Shown: positions 9,829-20,180 of the stretch, piece by piece
Position numbering within the stretch: the stretch's first letter is position 1
How the letters are laid out: each line of letters opens with the position of its first letter
Assembly: GCA_050331735.1 (NCBI GenBank)
Contig: JBHJGN010000031.1
Location: 111,747 to 175,746 of the forward strand
Direction of reading: 5' to 3'
Length of the DNA: 64,000 nt
Source: Cyanophyceae cyanobacterium
GTDB taxonomy: Bacteria > Cyanobacteriota > Cyanobacteriia > Cyanobacteriales > JBHJGN01
Position numbers and translations under genes: made by a program
The notes under the pieces: model-generated
Told to the model about the DNA's origin: nothing
The model's database searches: none
Seen by the model: only the letters and a program-made list of their open reading frames with translations

Positions 9829-11013
9829 GCTAAAAGAATCAAAAAACTTTTCAATGATTCTTTCATAAACACAGCAAAGCTCATACACATGAGCAATAGG
9901 AATATGCTCCCCCACCTGATGCATCGTATTATCCAACGGGCCATATTCAACCGTAACGCAGTGGGGCACAAGAAAACGGGCATCGGTAATTCCGCCATCG
10001 GTACTGAGACGGGGGCGACGGCCAGAAACCTCTGCCACCGCATCCTGCACAAGGCTGACAAAAGGATCTTCAGGATTCGTCCGAAATGCTTCCCCACTGA
10101 CGCGGAAGCGAACATCGTACTCAACGCCATAGGACCGAGCAAGGGGTTCAATCGTGTCCCGAATGAGCTGTTGTAACCCATTCCCCGTTTGCTCGTCGTT
10201 AAAGCGGATGTTGAAGCGCAGATTAACGGCGGCAGGAATGACGTTTTCCGCACAGGGAGCTGTTTCAAACTTAGTAAATTCTAGATTAGACGGTTCAAAC
10301 CACTCATTACCCTCGTCGAGAGGTAAATTTTGCAGCGCTGCTGCCATTGCCACCGCCGCCGGAACTGGATTGAGCACATTGCGCTGGTAGGCGACGTGTC
10401 CCTGCTTGCCTTTGATGGTAATAAAGGTATTGATGCTGCCGCGACGACCAATATGAACGCAGTCGCCCATCTCTAGCGGGTTCGTCGGTTCACCCACTAC
10501 GCAGGCATCAATCTTCTCGCCTCGCTGCTGTAGCCATTCCATCACGGGTTTCGTGCCGTTAATCGCTTCGTGCTCCTCGTCGCCCGTGATAATGAAGCTG
10601 AAAGACCCCTGGAAATCCTTCCTCTTCGCAAGCCACGCCGATACAGCAGCAATAAAGCAGCCAATTCCGGCTTTCATATCCACCGTGCCCCGTCCCCAGA
10701 GAATGCCGTCGCGGATTTCAGCCTTGTAGGGGTCGATATCACCCCAGCGCAGGCGATCGCCTTCTGGCACCACATCGGTATGTCCGGCAAAGGCGAGGTT
10801 TGGTTCGGCTGTTCCCAATCGGGCATAGAGATTATCCACTTCGTAGCTGCCGGGTTCGTTGTAAAATTTGAGGCGCTGGCAGGTAAAGCCGAGTAATTCC
10901 AGATGACGCTGCACCACATCCAACCCCCCGTGTCGATCCGGCGTGACGCTCGGTCTGCGGATCAGTTCTTGGGTTAACTTAACAGGATCGAAAACAGGAA
11001 CATTGACAAGCAT
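9826..11013 (-). CDS. dapE: Succinyl-diaminopimelate desuccinylase (M20A family), somewhat divergent
   Basis: NLYARLG, FAGHTDVVP, GRGTVDMK, GDEE, GEPT, GRRGS, QGHVAY, DARF, MHQ motifs. Confidence 0.88.
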   Translation of the reverse strand: MLVNVPVFDPVKLTQELIRRPSVTPDRHGGLDVVQRHLELLGFTCQRLKFYNEPGSYEVDNLYARLGTAEPNLAFAGHTDVVPEGDRLRWGDIDPYKAEIRDGILWGRGTVDMKAGIGCFIAAVSAWLAKRKDFQGSFSFIITGDEEHEAINGTKPVMEWLQQRGEKIDACVVGEPTNPLEMGDCVHIGRRGSINTFITIKGKQGHVAYQRNVLNPVPAAVAMAAALQNLPLDEGNEWFEPSNLEFTKFETAPCAENVIPAAVNLRFNIRFNDEQTGNGLQQLIRDTIEPLARSYGVEYDVRFRVSGEAFRTNPEDPFVSLVQDAVAEVSGRRPRLSTDGGITDARFLVPHCVTVEYGPLDNTMHQVGEHIPIAHVYELCCVYERIIEKFFDSFS

Positions 11014-11028
11014 GGCATCTCCTCAGAT

Positions 11029-11931
11029 TTAGACTGTAGACGGAGCAGTAGTTTGCTCAGTTACAAATTGCTTGTAAGCATCAATTAAACGAGTGGTGAC
11101 AGGACCGAAAGGTTCAAAACGATACTCGTCAATCTCACTTACCGACTCAATCTCGCAGGTAGTCCCAGTGAGAAAGACTTCCTGCGCTTGGGCGAGTTCT
11201 TCTAGCTTGATGTGGCGTTCAATAACAGAAATCTCTAATTTCTCCGCCAATTTCATAATAGTTTGCCGGGTAATGCCATTCAAAAAGCAATCCGGTATCG
11301 GCGTTAGCAAACTCCCATCGCGTACCAGAAATACGTTGGATGTGGTCGATTCAGCAATCAGCCCTCGATAGTCTAACATGAGAGCATCATCAAAGCCTTG
11401 TTGGACGGCTTCATCTTTGCTCATGGTGCAGATGGGGTAGAGACAAGCTGCCTTGCTCACCGTTGGTGCGGTCGTCGGATCGGGCTTGCGCCAGGGTACG
11501 TGGCGAGTCAGCTTCAGTGGCTTCTTGGTGTCAATATCAAATAGCGTCGTCGGGAATGACCAGGCAGCAATGCCAACGCAGATTGAGGTATCGGGGGCAT
11601 ATACCCGCAATCTTTCACTGCCGCGCCAAGCAAAATGGCGGATGTAGCCCACTTTAATATTTTCTCGCTCCAGCAGATTATTAGTGGCTTCGACAAGAGC
11701 ATCCAGCGCATAGGAAATGGTAAAACCAAGAATTTCAGCCGATTGATACAGGCGCTCCAGATGTTCAGCTAACAAAAACGGCTTGCCGTTATAGATGCGC
11801 ACTCCTTCAAATACACTACTAGCGTAATGCAGTCCGTGGGTGAGCGGGTGAATCGTGGCTTCTTTCCAAACAACTATGTTGCCATTCAGCCACAAAAACC
11901 CTTCCTTTTGATCGAACGGAAACAGAGACAT
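11029..11931 (-). CDS. PLP-dependent fold-type IV aminotransferase, branched-chain (IlvE)-like
   Basis: HGLHYASSVFEGVR, YIR, catalytic Lys in SKAACLY, AESTTSNVF, LNGITR, EVFLTGT. Confidence 0.88.
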   Translation of the reverse strand: MSLFPFDQKEGFLWLNGNIVVWKEATIHPLTHGLHYASSVFEGVRIYNGKPFLLAEHLERLYQSAEILGFTISYALDALVEATNNLLERENIKVGYIRHFAWRGSERLRVYAPDTSICVGIAAWSFPTTLFDIDTKKPLKLTRHVPWRKPDPTTAPTVSKAACLYPICTMSKDEAVQQGFDDALMLDYRGLIAESTTSNVFLVRDGSLLTPIPDCFLNGITRQTIMKLAEKLEISVIERHIKLEELAQAQEVFLTGTTCEIESVSEIDEYRFEPFGPVTTRLIDAYKQFVTEQTTAPSTV

Positions 11932-11992
11932 AGAGAATCTTCTTTGGAGTGAATTGTTCGACGTGATCGCTATTAATAAACAGAGGGAACAG

Positions 11993-12144
11993 GAGTTTGC
12001 GTCGAACGGGGAAATTGTCCGGTGCGGGACGGGTAAGGGTTAAAGAACACAGAGTTAAGAAAACTAATTTATTCACCCTTTCCCCCTTCCCCTTTCCCCT
12101 TTCCCCGTCGCGGAGCGACTTCTTTCCCTGCGCCTGCGGCGCTA
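11993..12144. repeat. Mini-hairpin / heptamer mosaic repeat with inverted purine and pyrimidine arms
   Basis: GTCCGGTGCGGGACGGG...AAAGAACACAGAGTTAAGAAA...(TTCCCC)n...GTCGCGGAGCGAC...GCGCCTGCGGCGCTA; abuts the dapD stop. Confidence 0.78.
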
Positions 12145-12996
12145 ATTCCGCAACAGTTCGTTAATCGATGTTTTAGAACGGGTTTTGTCATCAACCGTTT
12201 TGACAATCACGTTGCAGTACAGGCTTGGACCCGGTGAGCCATCGGGAAGCGGTTTGCCGGGTAGGGTGCCGGGAACAACAACTGCATAGGGAGGAATTTC
12301 CCCGTAGAAAATCTTGCCAGTGGTGCGATCGACGATTTTAGTAGACTGACTGAGATGAACGCCGATCCCCAAAACGGCTCCTTCGCGGACAATCACACCC
12401 TCAGCCACTTCGCTTTGACCGCCAACAAACACATTATCTTCGATAATTACTGGATTGGCCTGAAGCGGTTCGAGAACGCCACCAATGACGACTCCAGAGG
12501 ACAAATGGCATCCTTGGCCGATTTGGGCGCAGGAACCGACAGTGACGTAGCTATCCACCATCGTTCCGGTATCAATATAGGCCCCGATGTTGACAAAGCT
12601 AGGCATTAGCACAACATCTCTCGCGACATAGGAACCGCGACGGACGACGCAATTGGGAACGGCTCGAAATCCAGCGCGAGTAAAGTCATCCTGAGTCCAG
12701 CCGGAAAACTTGGACGGCACTTTATCAAACCAGGGCGCTTCTTTGAGAGCCTGAGATTGCAGACCACTGGCGATGACGGCAGATTGATTCAAACGGAAAG
12801 ACAGCAGCACAGCCTTTTTAAGCCACTGATTTACTACCCAGTCATTCCCGGATTTTTCAGCAACACGATATTGACCGCTATCTAATCCTGCTATGGCGTG
12901 TTCGACAGCCTCGCGTATTTCCCCTGACGTTTCTGCGTTAACGCTACTGCGGTTTTCCCAAGCCGTATCGATCGTTGTTGTCTGTGTTGTGTCCAT
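12142..12996 (-). CDS. dapD: 2,3,4,5-tetrahydropyridine-2,6-dicarboxylate N-succinyltransferase
   Basis: [62 protein letters not shown] at 12996 gives 284 aa. Confidence 0.95.
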   Translation of the reverse strand: MDTTQTTTIDTAWENRSSVNAETSGEIREAVEHAIAGLDSGQYRVAEKSGNDWVVNQWLKKAVLLSFRLNQSAVIASGLQSQALKEAPWFDKVPSKFSGWTQDDFTRAGFRAVPNCVVRRGSYVARDVVLMPSFVNIGAYIDTGTMVDSYVTVGSCAQIGQGCHLSSGVVIGGVLEPLQANPVIIEDNVFVGGQSEVAEGVIVREGAVLGIGVHLSQSTKIVDRTTGKIFYGEIPPYAVVVPGTLPGKPLPDGSPGPSLYCNVIVKTVDDKTRSKTSINELLRN

Positions 12997-13091
12997 CTCG
13001 TCTTTACTTAAATCCACTACTGCTAATCTGAGAGTCAATTCTTCAAATGGTATCGCTAACGGGGAAAGGGGGGAAGGGGAGCGATCGCCGA

Positions 13092-15170
13092 TTACTGCTT
13101 CAGCGGTTGACCGTTGCTCCGTAACAGCTCTAACCCAGCGGCTACTACCGTTTCTGGCGCTATGTCTAAACACTCTAAACTGTAGGGACAGGTAAAGGCA
13201 TAGCAGGGACTACAGACAGTCGGACGACGCAATAACTTTACGTCTGTTGCTCTCGGTTGCCACTGACACTCTAATTCAGTTCCGGCAAACAGAATCACGG
13301 CAGGGGTGCGTGTGGCATCGGCAATGTGCATGGTGGAGGTGTTATTAGTCAGCACCAGACGCGCCTGAGCAATCAAAGCTGTGAGTTCGCTTAAAGTCGT
13401 TTTCCCAATTGAGTCAACGGCGCGATCGCCCAAAAATTCTAGCAGAGGACGAGAGCGATCGCGGTCTTTGGCTACGCCGGTGACGACCACTGGCCACCCT
13501 GTCTGTTCACTGAGTTGCCGTGCCGCTTCCGCAAAGCGCATCCCCTCATAGTTGCGAGACTGGCAGCTTGTCCAGGGGTTGAGCAAGATGTAGGAACCCG
13601 ATACGCCGTTAGAGGTGGGGACATGCAGAGAGAGGTGGCGATCGCAAACCCTAAACCCGACAGACTCGATCAGGCGAAGGTTGCGCTCAACTTGATGGGT
13701 GCAATCGGGGGCTGATGCCACCTCATGAGTGAGAATTCCCAAACCCCGCTCCTTTGATTCTCCTAGGCGAAGAGGAATTCCGGCCAGATAACAAATTAAG
13801 GCAGGCGGATGAGGACTCTGACTGAAGCTAGTGAAGATAATTGCCGCATCAAATTGACGAGCAGCTAATGTATCAATCAGTTGCCATTCTCGTTCCGGGT
13901 CAAAATCTAATCGTCCTAAGTCTTGCCAGAGAACGCGCCAGGGCAGCACCTCATCTACCCAAGGTAGGAGAGAAGCCGTGAGCGCACCGCCGGGACTCGC
14001 CATTAACGTTAGCTGAGCGTGAGGCAAATTTTCTTGAATCGCCCGCAAAGCTGGACTAGTCATAATCACATCTCCAATGTTGTCCAGCCGCATCACCAGG
14101 ATGTTACGAGCACTAGACCACTCTGAGAGCAACGATTGAGGAGGAAACTCTCTCTGACTCTCTACCCCCTGACGACTAACCACTAATCCCGTCCCTCTCA
14201 ACACCCTCTCCGCCTCAGCCACGACTGCTTGAGGAGACACCGCTTCGGTGCAGGTCTCCCACTCAAAGGGACAAACCCCACTGTACCAGCAGGACTGTTG
14301 CGTAAAATTGCTAATGATGCGTTCCGGACATTCGGGATATCCCTGCAAATTAATGTGAGGGGTGGGGTGCCCGTAGCGTTCGTGCCAGGAGGGACCAAAC
14401 AGAGTAATCGTCGGTACATCAAGGGCGACGGCAATTCTCACCGGTCCTGTATCAGCGCCAATCACTAAATCGGCGTTGGCCATCGCTGCCGCTAGCTTTC
14501 GCAGGGTTCCTCGCGGCCAGACGTAGGCATCACCTCCAATGGCAGAGGCAATCGCTTGGGCTTGTTTATCTTCGCTTTCCACCACAAAGATGGTGCCGCC
14601 CTGCTGCTGAAGTGCTTTGCCGAGGGCAACAAACTTATCTGGGGACCAGCGCTTAATTGACATTCCGGCATCGGGAATGAGGAAAATGAGGGGACGGTAT
14701 GCTGCTCCCAAAGCTTGTTCTGCCTGCGCCTTTTCTGTCCGAGAGAGTTCGATCAGCGGATGTTGGTTTTGAACACTATCGGGGGTAATTAACCCCTCTT
14801 CAAGCAGAATTTGGAGAAAGCGATCACCCACTCGCTGGTGCGCAGGAGGATTACGCCAGAGATTGGTAACGGTTCTCTTGGCTGCCTTTGCAACAACGTC
14901 AGCAATGCCTTCGTAGTTGGTATCAGAAACAATTAAATCAAACCCTTGCTGAACCAGTTCCTCAACGGCTTGACGAGCTTGGCCTTTTTGAGCAACGACA
15001 ATTTGAGCGATTAGACTATTTTTCTGCAATAAGTCCGCAGCGGGGGAGAAAGTCAGCACCGTGAGGCGAGCTTGAGGATGACTGAGGGCCAAGGCTTTGA
15101 TAGCAGGAAGGGCAATGAGTCCGTCTCCAATTCCGCCCAATAACTCTATAAATAGAATCTTCTGGATCAA
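13092..15170 (-). CDS. Tandem fusion of two glycosyltransferase family 9 domains
   Basis: Two GT9 units: LGGIGD..ALPAI..DTGP and [24 protein letters not shown], each ending in a Cys-rich tail. Confidence 0.88.
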   Translation of the reverse strand: MIQKILFIELLGGIGDGLIALPAIKALALSHPQARLTVLTFSPAADLLQKNSLIAQIVVAQKGQARQAVEELVQQGFDLIVSDTNYEGIADVVAKAAKRTVTNLWRNPPAHQRVGDRFLQILLEEGLITPDSVQNQHPLIELSRTEKAQAEQALGAAYRPLIFLIPDAGMSIKRWSPDKFVALGKALQQQGGTIFVVESEDKQAQAIASAIGGDAYVWPRGTLRKLAAAMANADLVIGADTGPVRIAVALDVPTITLFGPSWHERYGHPTPHINLQGYPECPERIISNFTQQSCWYSGVCPFEWETCTEAVSPQAVVAEAERVLRGTGLVVSRQGVESQREFPPQSLLSEWSSARNILVMRLDNIGDVIMTSPALRAIQENLPHAQLTLMASPGGALTASLLPWVDEVLPWRVLWQDLGRLDFDPEREWQLIDTLAARQFDAAIIFTSFSQSPHPPALICYLAGIPLRLGESKERGLGILTHEVASAPDCTHQVERNLRLIESVGFRVCDRHLSLHVPTSNGVSGSYILLNPWTSCQSRNYEGMRFAEAARQLSEQTGWPVVVTGVAKDRDRSRPLLEFLGDRAVDSIGKTTLSELTALIAQARLVLTNNTSTMHIADATRTPAVILFAGTELECQWQPRATDVKLLRRPTVCSPCYAFTCPYSLECLDIAPETVVAAGLELLRSNGQPLKQ

Positions 15171-15173
15171 GCT

Positions 15174-15455
15174 TTAATTCCGACTGACTAACTTACAGAA
15201 ACGACTTTCTTCACCGCTTTTCAGCTTCTCTTGATAGAGAAAAGCGAGTTTGCTCTCTTCAAATTTTTCAAAGAACTCTTCCCATTCAATTCTCTCCAAG
15301 GAGTCTTGCCCACTGTAGCCCGGAAAATCGATGCGCAGCAGCCCCGGTCCATTTTCTTTGGTCCTTTTTACCGTTGCGGGGTAACCGCCTCGCTCTTCAA
15401 CCCAGCGCTTGATCTCGTCGCGATCTGTCGTTTTTTTAGATTCTGCTTCAGACAT
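15174..15455 (-). CDS. Conserved small hypothetical protein
   Basis: TTDRDEIKRWVEERGG.PA.V, LRIDFPG, WEEFFEKFE motifs; ends 3 nt before the GT9 start. Confidence 0.8.
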   Translation of the reverse strand: MSEAESKKTTDRDEIKRWVEERGGYPATVKRTKENGPGLLRIDFPGYSGQDSLERIEWEEFFEKFEESKLAFLYQEKLKSGEESRFCKLVSRN

Positions 15456-15870
15456 AAATAATTTCTCAACGCTGCTATCGAAGAGCATATATCGCTGAAG
15501 ATAACAGTTCCCAATTGAGCGCTGCTTCTGCCTTTAGAATGAAGATAGCCTTCCTCCTATTTAGCTAAGCTTCAAGTCCACCATTCTGTTTGGAACTGTG
15601 TGCTATCGCTGAGCACACCTAGCTTTTCTTCCCGCTCATAAAAGCCCATTCTCAGCAACAACTGCGCTTAGCTAGTTCTTGATTATGCTCTTGGCTCTTT
15701 AGATTTCACTCCGCTGATAGAGACAAAATCTAGTGTTTTACTTTTAGATAAAGTATAAGACTAAACAGACATACATGCATAAATATGCATTTCAACCGCC
15801 GTTGAGCTGAACTAGTTTCGGTTGCTGTCTTAGCGAGAGTTAGCTTTTAGAACAAAGGAATACGATTACT

Positions 15871-16713
15871 ATGGTTAAAAGTCACAACAATAGTTTGACA
15901 AAACAAACAGCAGTCCGTATGGGAGCGATCGCCCTTGGGATGGCGGCCCTCCTGCTTCCTGGCTGCAACAACCCCCAAGAAATTGCGGAAGAAGAAACAA
16001 ACGTCACAACTGAAGACGTTGCCGAAGATCCAGTAGAAGCTGATGATGCCAACGCTAGCGGATTGGTGACGGTTCGGGGCGAAGTGTCGCAAGAACTTGA
16101 TGAGCAAGGCTTTGAGCTTCAGTCTGAGGGCGAATCAATTTTAGTCATCAATGCCTCTGGAACACCTTTAACTCTCCCCACAGATGACGTGCCAGTGCAG
16201 GTAACAGGAGACTCGGTACAGTTTGTGACTGCCGACGTTGAGAGCGAGTACGGTTTGGAGTTAGATCCAGAGCTATACGTCGATTATGAAGAACAGCCTG
16301 CGATTATTGCCGAGTCGATTGCGCTTGCGCCCACGGCTGAACAGCTTGCAGAAGATCCATCACCCTACTATGACCAGGTTATTGCTCTCCAAGGAGAAGC
16401 CAGACGAGTTTACTCTCCCAGTGCGCTATCTGTGTTTGAAGACGGCTGGGTGGATGATGTCGGCTTAATGGTTGTCGGAGTCGATCAGGTTCTTCAAACT
16501 GAAGGAGAAGGCGGTGAAGTTCAGCAAGGAGAGATGGTCGTCGTGACTGGTAGAGTAGAGCCATTCGATCTCGCTCAGCTTGAGCAGGAGTACGAGCTTG
16601 GTTTAGAACCCGATGTCGTAGAAGAGTTTGAAGCAAGCTACACTGAAGAACCCTTCCCAAATCGACCCGTGATCGTTGCTGATGATATTTATCCGTCAGC
16701 GGTAGAAGAATAG
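15871..16713 (+). CDS. Acidic lipoprotein, hypothetical
   Basis: Signal peptide with lipobox LPGC; two internally similar halves; very acidic. Confidence 0.8.
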   Translation: MVKSHNNSLTKQTAVRMGAIALGMAALLLPGCNNPQEIAEEETNVTTEDVAEDPVEADDANASGLVTVRGEVSQELDEQGFELQSEGESILVINASGTPLTLPTDDVPVQVTGDSVQFVTADVESEYGLELDPELYVDYEEQPAIIAESIALAPTAEQLAEDPSPYYDQVIALQGEARRVYSPSALSVFEDGWVDDVGLMVVGVDQVLQTEGEGGEVQQGEMVVVTGRVEPFDLAQLEQEYELGLEPDVVEEFEASYTEEPFPNRPVIVADDIYPSAVEE

Positions 16714-16921
16714 AGAGCTTTGTGTACCTTTAGGCGGGAATAGCGCTAATCAGCGCCATTTTCCGCTGTTTTGCCCGTATAAATATTAGCTAATTGCCTA
16801 ATTTAACCAATTAGATAGATGTAGTGTTATCCCTTCAGAGAGATGAGATCTGCCCGTTGTCTAAGAGAAAAAAGAGGTGATTGATTACTAAGCACACGTA
16901 ACACTTTACTAAGGAAAAAAA

Positions 16922-17692
16922 ATGGTTAGAGACAGAGATGTAGTTAGAGACAGAGATGTAGTTGGAGCTGATATGGATTCCGCTCACTACAAGCGTGCCG
17001 TTGGTGTTTTTGAAAGAAAGGAAGATACCGAAGGGGCACTGCGCGCTCTTAAAGAGAACGGTTTCAATATGGATAACGTTTCTTTGCTAGCGCGGGATCT
17101 TGATAACGTGAGCGGTGCTGAAGAAGTAACTGAGAAGGAAGGTAACAACGCACCTGAAGGTGCGGGTGCGGGTGCTACGACTGGCGCAGTTCTAGGAGGG
17201 ATTGGTGGTTTCTTGGTTGGCGCTGGTGTCCTTGCGATTCCTGGTATCGGGCCTGTGCTGGCTGCTGGAGCTGGAATTTCAGAAATTGCCGCTACTCTAG
17301 CCGGTGCTGGTATTGGTGCAGCGACAGGTGGCATTATCGGTGCGTTAGTTGGCTTAGGCATTCCTGAAGAGAAAGCGAAGGTCTATGAAGATCGCGTCAA
17401 GGCTGGTGAATATTTAATGATGGTTGTTGGCACAGAAGATGAGGTAAAACGGGCTGAATCTCTTCTGCGCGATCGCCACATTCAAGAATTTGAAATTTTC
17501 GACGCTCCAGATTATCAAGGCGGAGTCACCCCAGCAGCTAGTGAGGTAGAAACGGGACGCGAACCGGTAGCAGGAAGAGTGGTTGAAAGCCGCGATTTAG
17601 ACCGAGATGGCAACCCAGAAGTAATCATTGTTGATAAGCGCGATGGCGTTGTCGATAAAGGTGACAACGTTGTTGAGAGAGACGTTCTCTAG
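16922..17692 (+). CDS. General stress protein (YflT-like, Gly-rich membrane segment)
   Basis: RAVGVF...GAGAGATTGAVLGG..LAIPGIGP..GGIIGALVGLGIPEEKAKVY. Confidence 0.85.
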   Translation: MVRDRDVVRDRDVVGADMDSAHYKRAVGVFERKEDTEGALRALKENGFNMDNVSLLARDLDNVSGAEEVTEKEGNNAPEGAGAGATTGAVLGGIGGFLVGAGVLAIPGIGPVLAAGAGISEIAATLAGAGIGAATGGIIGALVGLGIPEEKAKVYEDRVKAGEYLMMVVGTEDEVKRAESLLRDRHIQEFEIFDAPDYQGGVTPAASEVETGREPVAGRVVESRDLDRDGNPEVIIVDKRDGVVDKGDNVVERDVL

Positions 17693-17699
17693 GATCTCA

Positions 17700-18174
17700 G
17701 GATAGATGCCGGTACCCAATTGGACACCAAAAAGGTAAATTTTACCCAAAAATATACGAACCAGATTTGGCTACTGTTAACTTGAGCACAACTGATTAAC
17801 TCTATCCCCATCTTGATGGGGATTTTTTATGAAATTGCTAGAGAGTTCGATGAGTCCGGCAGACAAACAAGCTCGTAGCAGATGAGGAGGTAGCCCAGTT
17901 CTATGCCGATGACATAGCGGAAGGATTTCGGCAAGGCGTTCGAGGTCCGGCTGATGACGCAATTCTTTTGTATCGGGAATGGGGGTTTAGCGTTGAGGAG
18001 ATAGAGATAGAAGTACACCTGTTTCACGGAGAAGAAGACAGGTTTGCGCCCTATAGCTATGCAGTGTATTTCGACGAGAAAATTCCACAAGCCAAGCTGC
18101 ATGGGTATCCAAAAGAAGGACACTTATTTATAGTACGGCTGTTTGCCGAGGTATTTAAGCAAGTTTCACAGTGA
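17700..18174 (+). pseudogene. 3' remnant of an alpha/beta hydrolase, frameshifted
   Basis: ...SPADKQ / frameshift / LVADEEVAQFYADDIAEGFRQG..WGF..VHLFHGEEDRFAP..YPKEGHLF; no N-terminal half; left boundary approximate. Confidence 0.7.
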
Positions 18175-18210
18175 AGACGGAACAGAAGCTAACGGGTCAG
18201 AGAAACCCCA

Positions 18211-18253
18211 CCACGTTCGTCACGAGTGCCTAAACTTGGTTTAGGCAACGTGG
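18211..18253. terminator. Nested hairpin between convergent genes
   Basis: TGCCTAAAC-TTG-GTTTAGGCA perfect 9-bp stem inside CCACGT/ACGTGG. Confidence 0.5.
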
Positions 18254-18327
18254 GAAGTTTTGCTCAACTGTTGCCAGAGAACTCGCTAGATAACAGCTCA
18301 GTTTGACGAGCGCGTTCAACAGATGTT

Positions 18328-18714
18328 CTATTTTCTAAGCCAAATCAACAGAGCAAAAATTCCTAGTACCAGAGCTTCAGCGATCAATAACCCATTGATA
18401 GTTTGCGCAGCTTCGGGATGGAGGACAAACTGCGATCGCCAAAGCGTATAGGGGACAAACTGAAGAAGCGCGATTCCTCCAAAGACGAGCCACACAGACC
18501 AGAAAACCCCTCGCCACAGGCTAATAGCAGTCACTACATCAAAGCACAACAGCGCTATATCCATCCCTCTCCATAAGAGCGGCGTAGACAACCAGGGTGT
18601 CCCAGTTAGGCCTGCCATATTACCAATATGAACAGTAGCTCCATAGAAGAGGACAATCGCTAGCAGTTTGGCGTAGGCAGCAGTCCAGGGATGTTGCAGG
18701 GCATCTCGGTTCAT
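18328..18714 (-). CDS. Hypothetical membrane protein (about 4 TM)
   Basis: Hydrophobic ORF from ATG 18714 (MNRDALQHPW). Confidence 0.75.
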   Translation of the reverse strand: MNRDALQHPWTAAYAKLLAIVLFYGATVHIGNMAGLTGTPWLSTPLLWRGMDIALLCFDVVTAISLWRGVFWSVWLVFGGIALLQFVPYTLWRSQFVLHPEAAQTINGLLIAEALVLGIFALLIWLRK

Positions 18715-18875
18715 TTTGGTTAAACCCCATTCATCGTGCAAAAAGCAAAAGCTCAAAATTAGCCAGGAGCGTAGTACGGTGACTGTATGCTACGTTCTTA
18801 TCTGAGAGGTATCCCCTCGCAATAGGGGCATCGACTCTCATCAAGCCTGTTTACTTCTAATGCCCGCTCTCAAAC

Positions 18876-19163
18876 TTACAGAGATGCCTGCGTTCTAGCC
18901 TGCTTCACCATGTCAATGAGAGTATGGTGAGCATCTTCAGAGTCTTTGAGAACGTGGTCAAACTCGATGCGGACGGGGCGTTCTCCCCCATCAGTCTGGA
19001 CCAACAAATTCATGCCGTGGGGATCGATGGCGATCATTTCAGCGGCTTGAGTATCGGCAACGTTACCGAAAACTTGAGCATAAAGGGCGATCTCCTCGCT
19101 GTGGTCGTCGTTCATATGCTGGCAGATGCGATCGCTAACGGTTGCGGTGAGCGGATCGGGCAT
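18876..19163 (-). CDS. DUF2470 domain protein
   Basis: SDRICQHMNDDH..IDPHGM..RIEFDH motif. Confidence 0.9.
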   Translation of the reverse strand: MPDPLTATVSDRICQHMNDDHSEEIALYAQVFGNVADTQAAEMIAIDPHGMNLLVQTDGGERPVRIEFDHVLKDSEDAHHTLIDMVKQARTQASL

Positions 19164-19184
19164 AGTTTTACCTCCTGAATCTCT

Positions 19185-19949
19185 TTACCTAGAATAAACG
19201 GTTTGGCAAAACTCTAGCACCTCCATCACCTGGTCAGTTTGCTGAGGATAAAACATTTTGGGTCGGGCAATCACCACCAGAGGAATGCCAAGCTGCTGAG
19301 CAACAGCCCGCTTGACGTCTTCTCCCCCAGCTTGCCCCGATGCTTTTGTCACCACTAGGGAAATTTGCCACTGTTGCCACAGGGCGGTTTCTAGCTCAGC
19401 ACTGATGGGAGGACGCAGGGCAATGAGGCGATCCGAGGTAAATCCAGCCTGAGAGGCAGCGGCGAGAGAGCTTTCTGTTGGCAACACGCGAGCAAAGAGA
19501 GTAGCGCGCTGCTGCCAGGGGGCAAATAGCGGAAGGGCTTTGCAGCCAACGGTGAGCAAAACTCTTTGAGCGAGGAGATAACTGCCGCAGAGCAGCTCGT
19601 CAAAGTTTAGCTCTCTGCTTAAATCGTTTTCTGCCAAAGTCGGACGTTCGTAGCGCAGGTACGGAATTTGGCAATAGGAGGCAGCGGCGATCGCCGTTTG
19701 AGAAATAGCTACTGCGTAGGGATGCGACGCATCAACAATCGCTCCAATCTGCTCTTGTTTCAAAAAGTCCTCTAGTCCACTCTCTAGCTTGCCTACCCTC
19801 ACTTTCAGCCAGCGGCACTGCGGGTAGAGAGTTTGGGCGGCAGCGGTGGTAACGGTAATCGTGCAGGGTAGATGCTGTTCAGCAAGCAGTCGAGCGATCT
19901 CTGCACTATCGCTCGTTCCGCCGATAAGCCAAATCCGTGCCTTCACCAA
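19185..19949 (-). CDS. cobK: Precorrin-6A / cobalt-precorrin-6A reductase
   Basis: IWLIGGTSDS, IVDASHPYA, YLRYER, VVTKASGQAGG, LVVIARP. Confidence 0.92.
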   Translation of the reverse strand: MVKARIWLIGGTSDSAEIARLLAEQHLPCTITVTTAAAQTLYPQCRWLKVRVGKLESGLEDFLKQEQIGAIVDASHPYAVAISQTAIAAASYCQIPYLRYERPTLAENDLSRELNFDELLCGSYLLAQRVLLTVGCKALPLFAPWQQRATLFARVLPTESSLAAASQAGFTSDRLIALRPPISAELETALWQQWQISLVVTKASGQAGGEDVKRAVAQQLGIPLVVIARPKMFYPQQTDQVMEVLEFCQTVYSR

Positions 19950-19957
19950 TCAGCGTC

Positions 19958-20146
19958 TTAGCCTTTGAGGGCTTTTTGAAAGTTTCTGCGATAGGTTTTA
20001 TTAGCGATTAGAGCAGGCCACAGCAAGGCTAAAACCACACGGTTGCTTAAACTGGGACTATAGTTAGTTCGTTTAAATCCTTTCCAGAATTTCCAAACCC
20101 CCCCACCATAGACGATGAGCAAAACAATCAAGATTAACTGGCCCAT
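19958..20146 (-). CDS. Small cyanobacterial membrane protein
   Basis: 62 aa, YGGGVWKFWKGF..TN..LLWP..YRRNFQKALKG; ends 8 nt before the cobK start. Confidence 0.8.
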   Translation of the reverse strand: MGQLILIVLLIVYGGGVWKFWKGFKRTNYSPSLSNRVVLALLWPALIANKTYRRNFQKALKG

Positions 20147-20180
20147 AGAACAATCCCTTTGTGTTTGATGTTGAGCTTGC

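Noticed and set aside
12997..13173. 59-aa N-terminal extension of DapD in the ORF track
   Set aside because: It overlaps the GT9 gene and purine-repeat DNA; DapD homology starts near ATG 12996
15520..16870. Loose AGATAGA-like motifs upstream of the stress genes
   Set aside because: Too degenerate to distinguish from chance by eye
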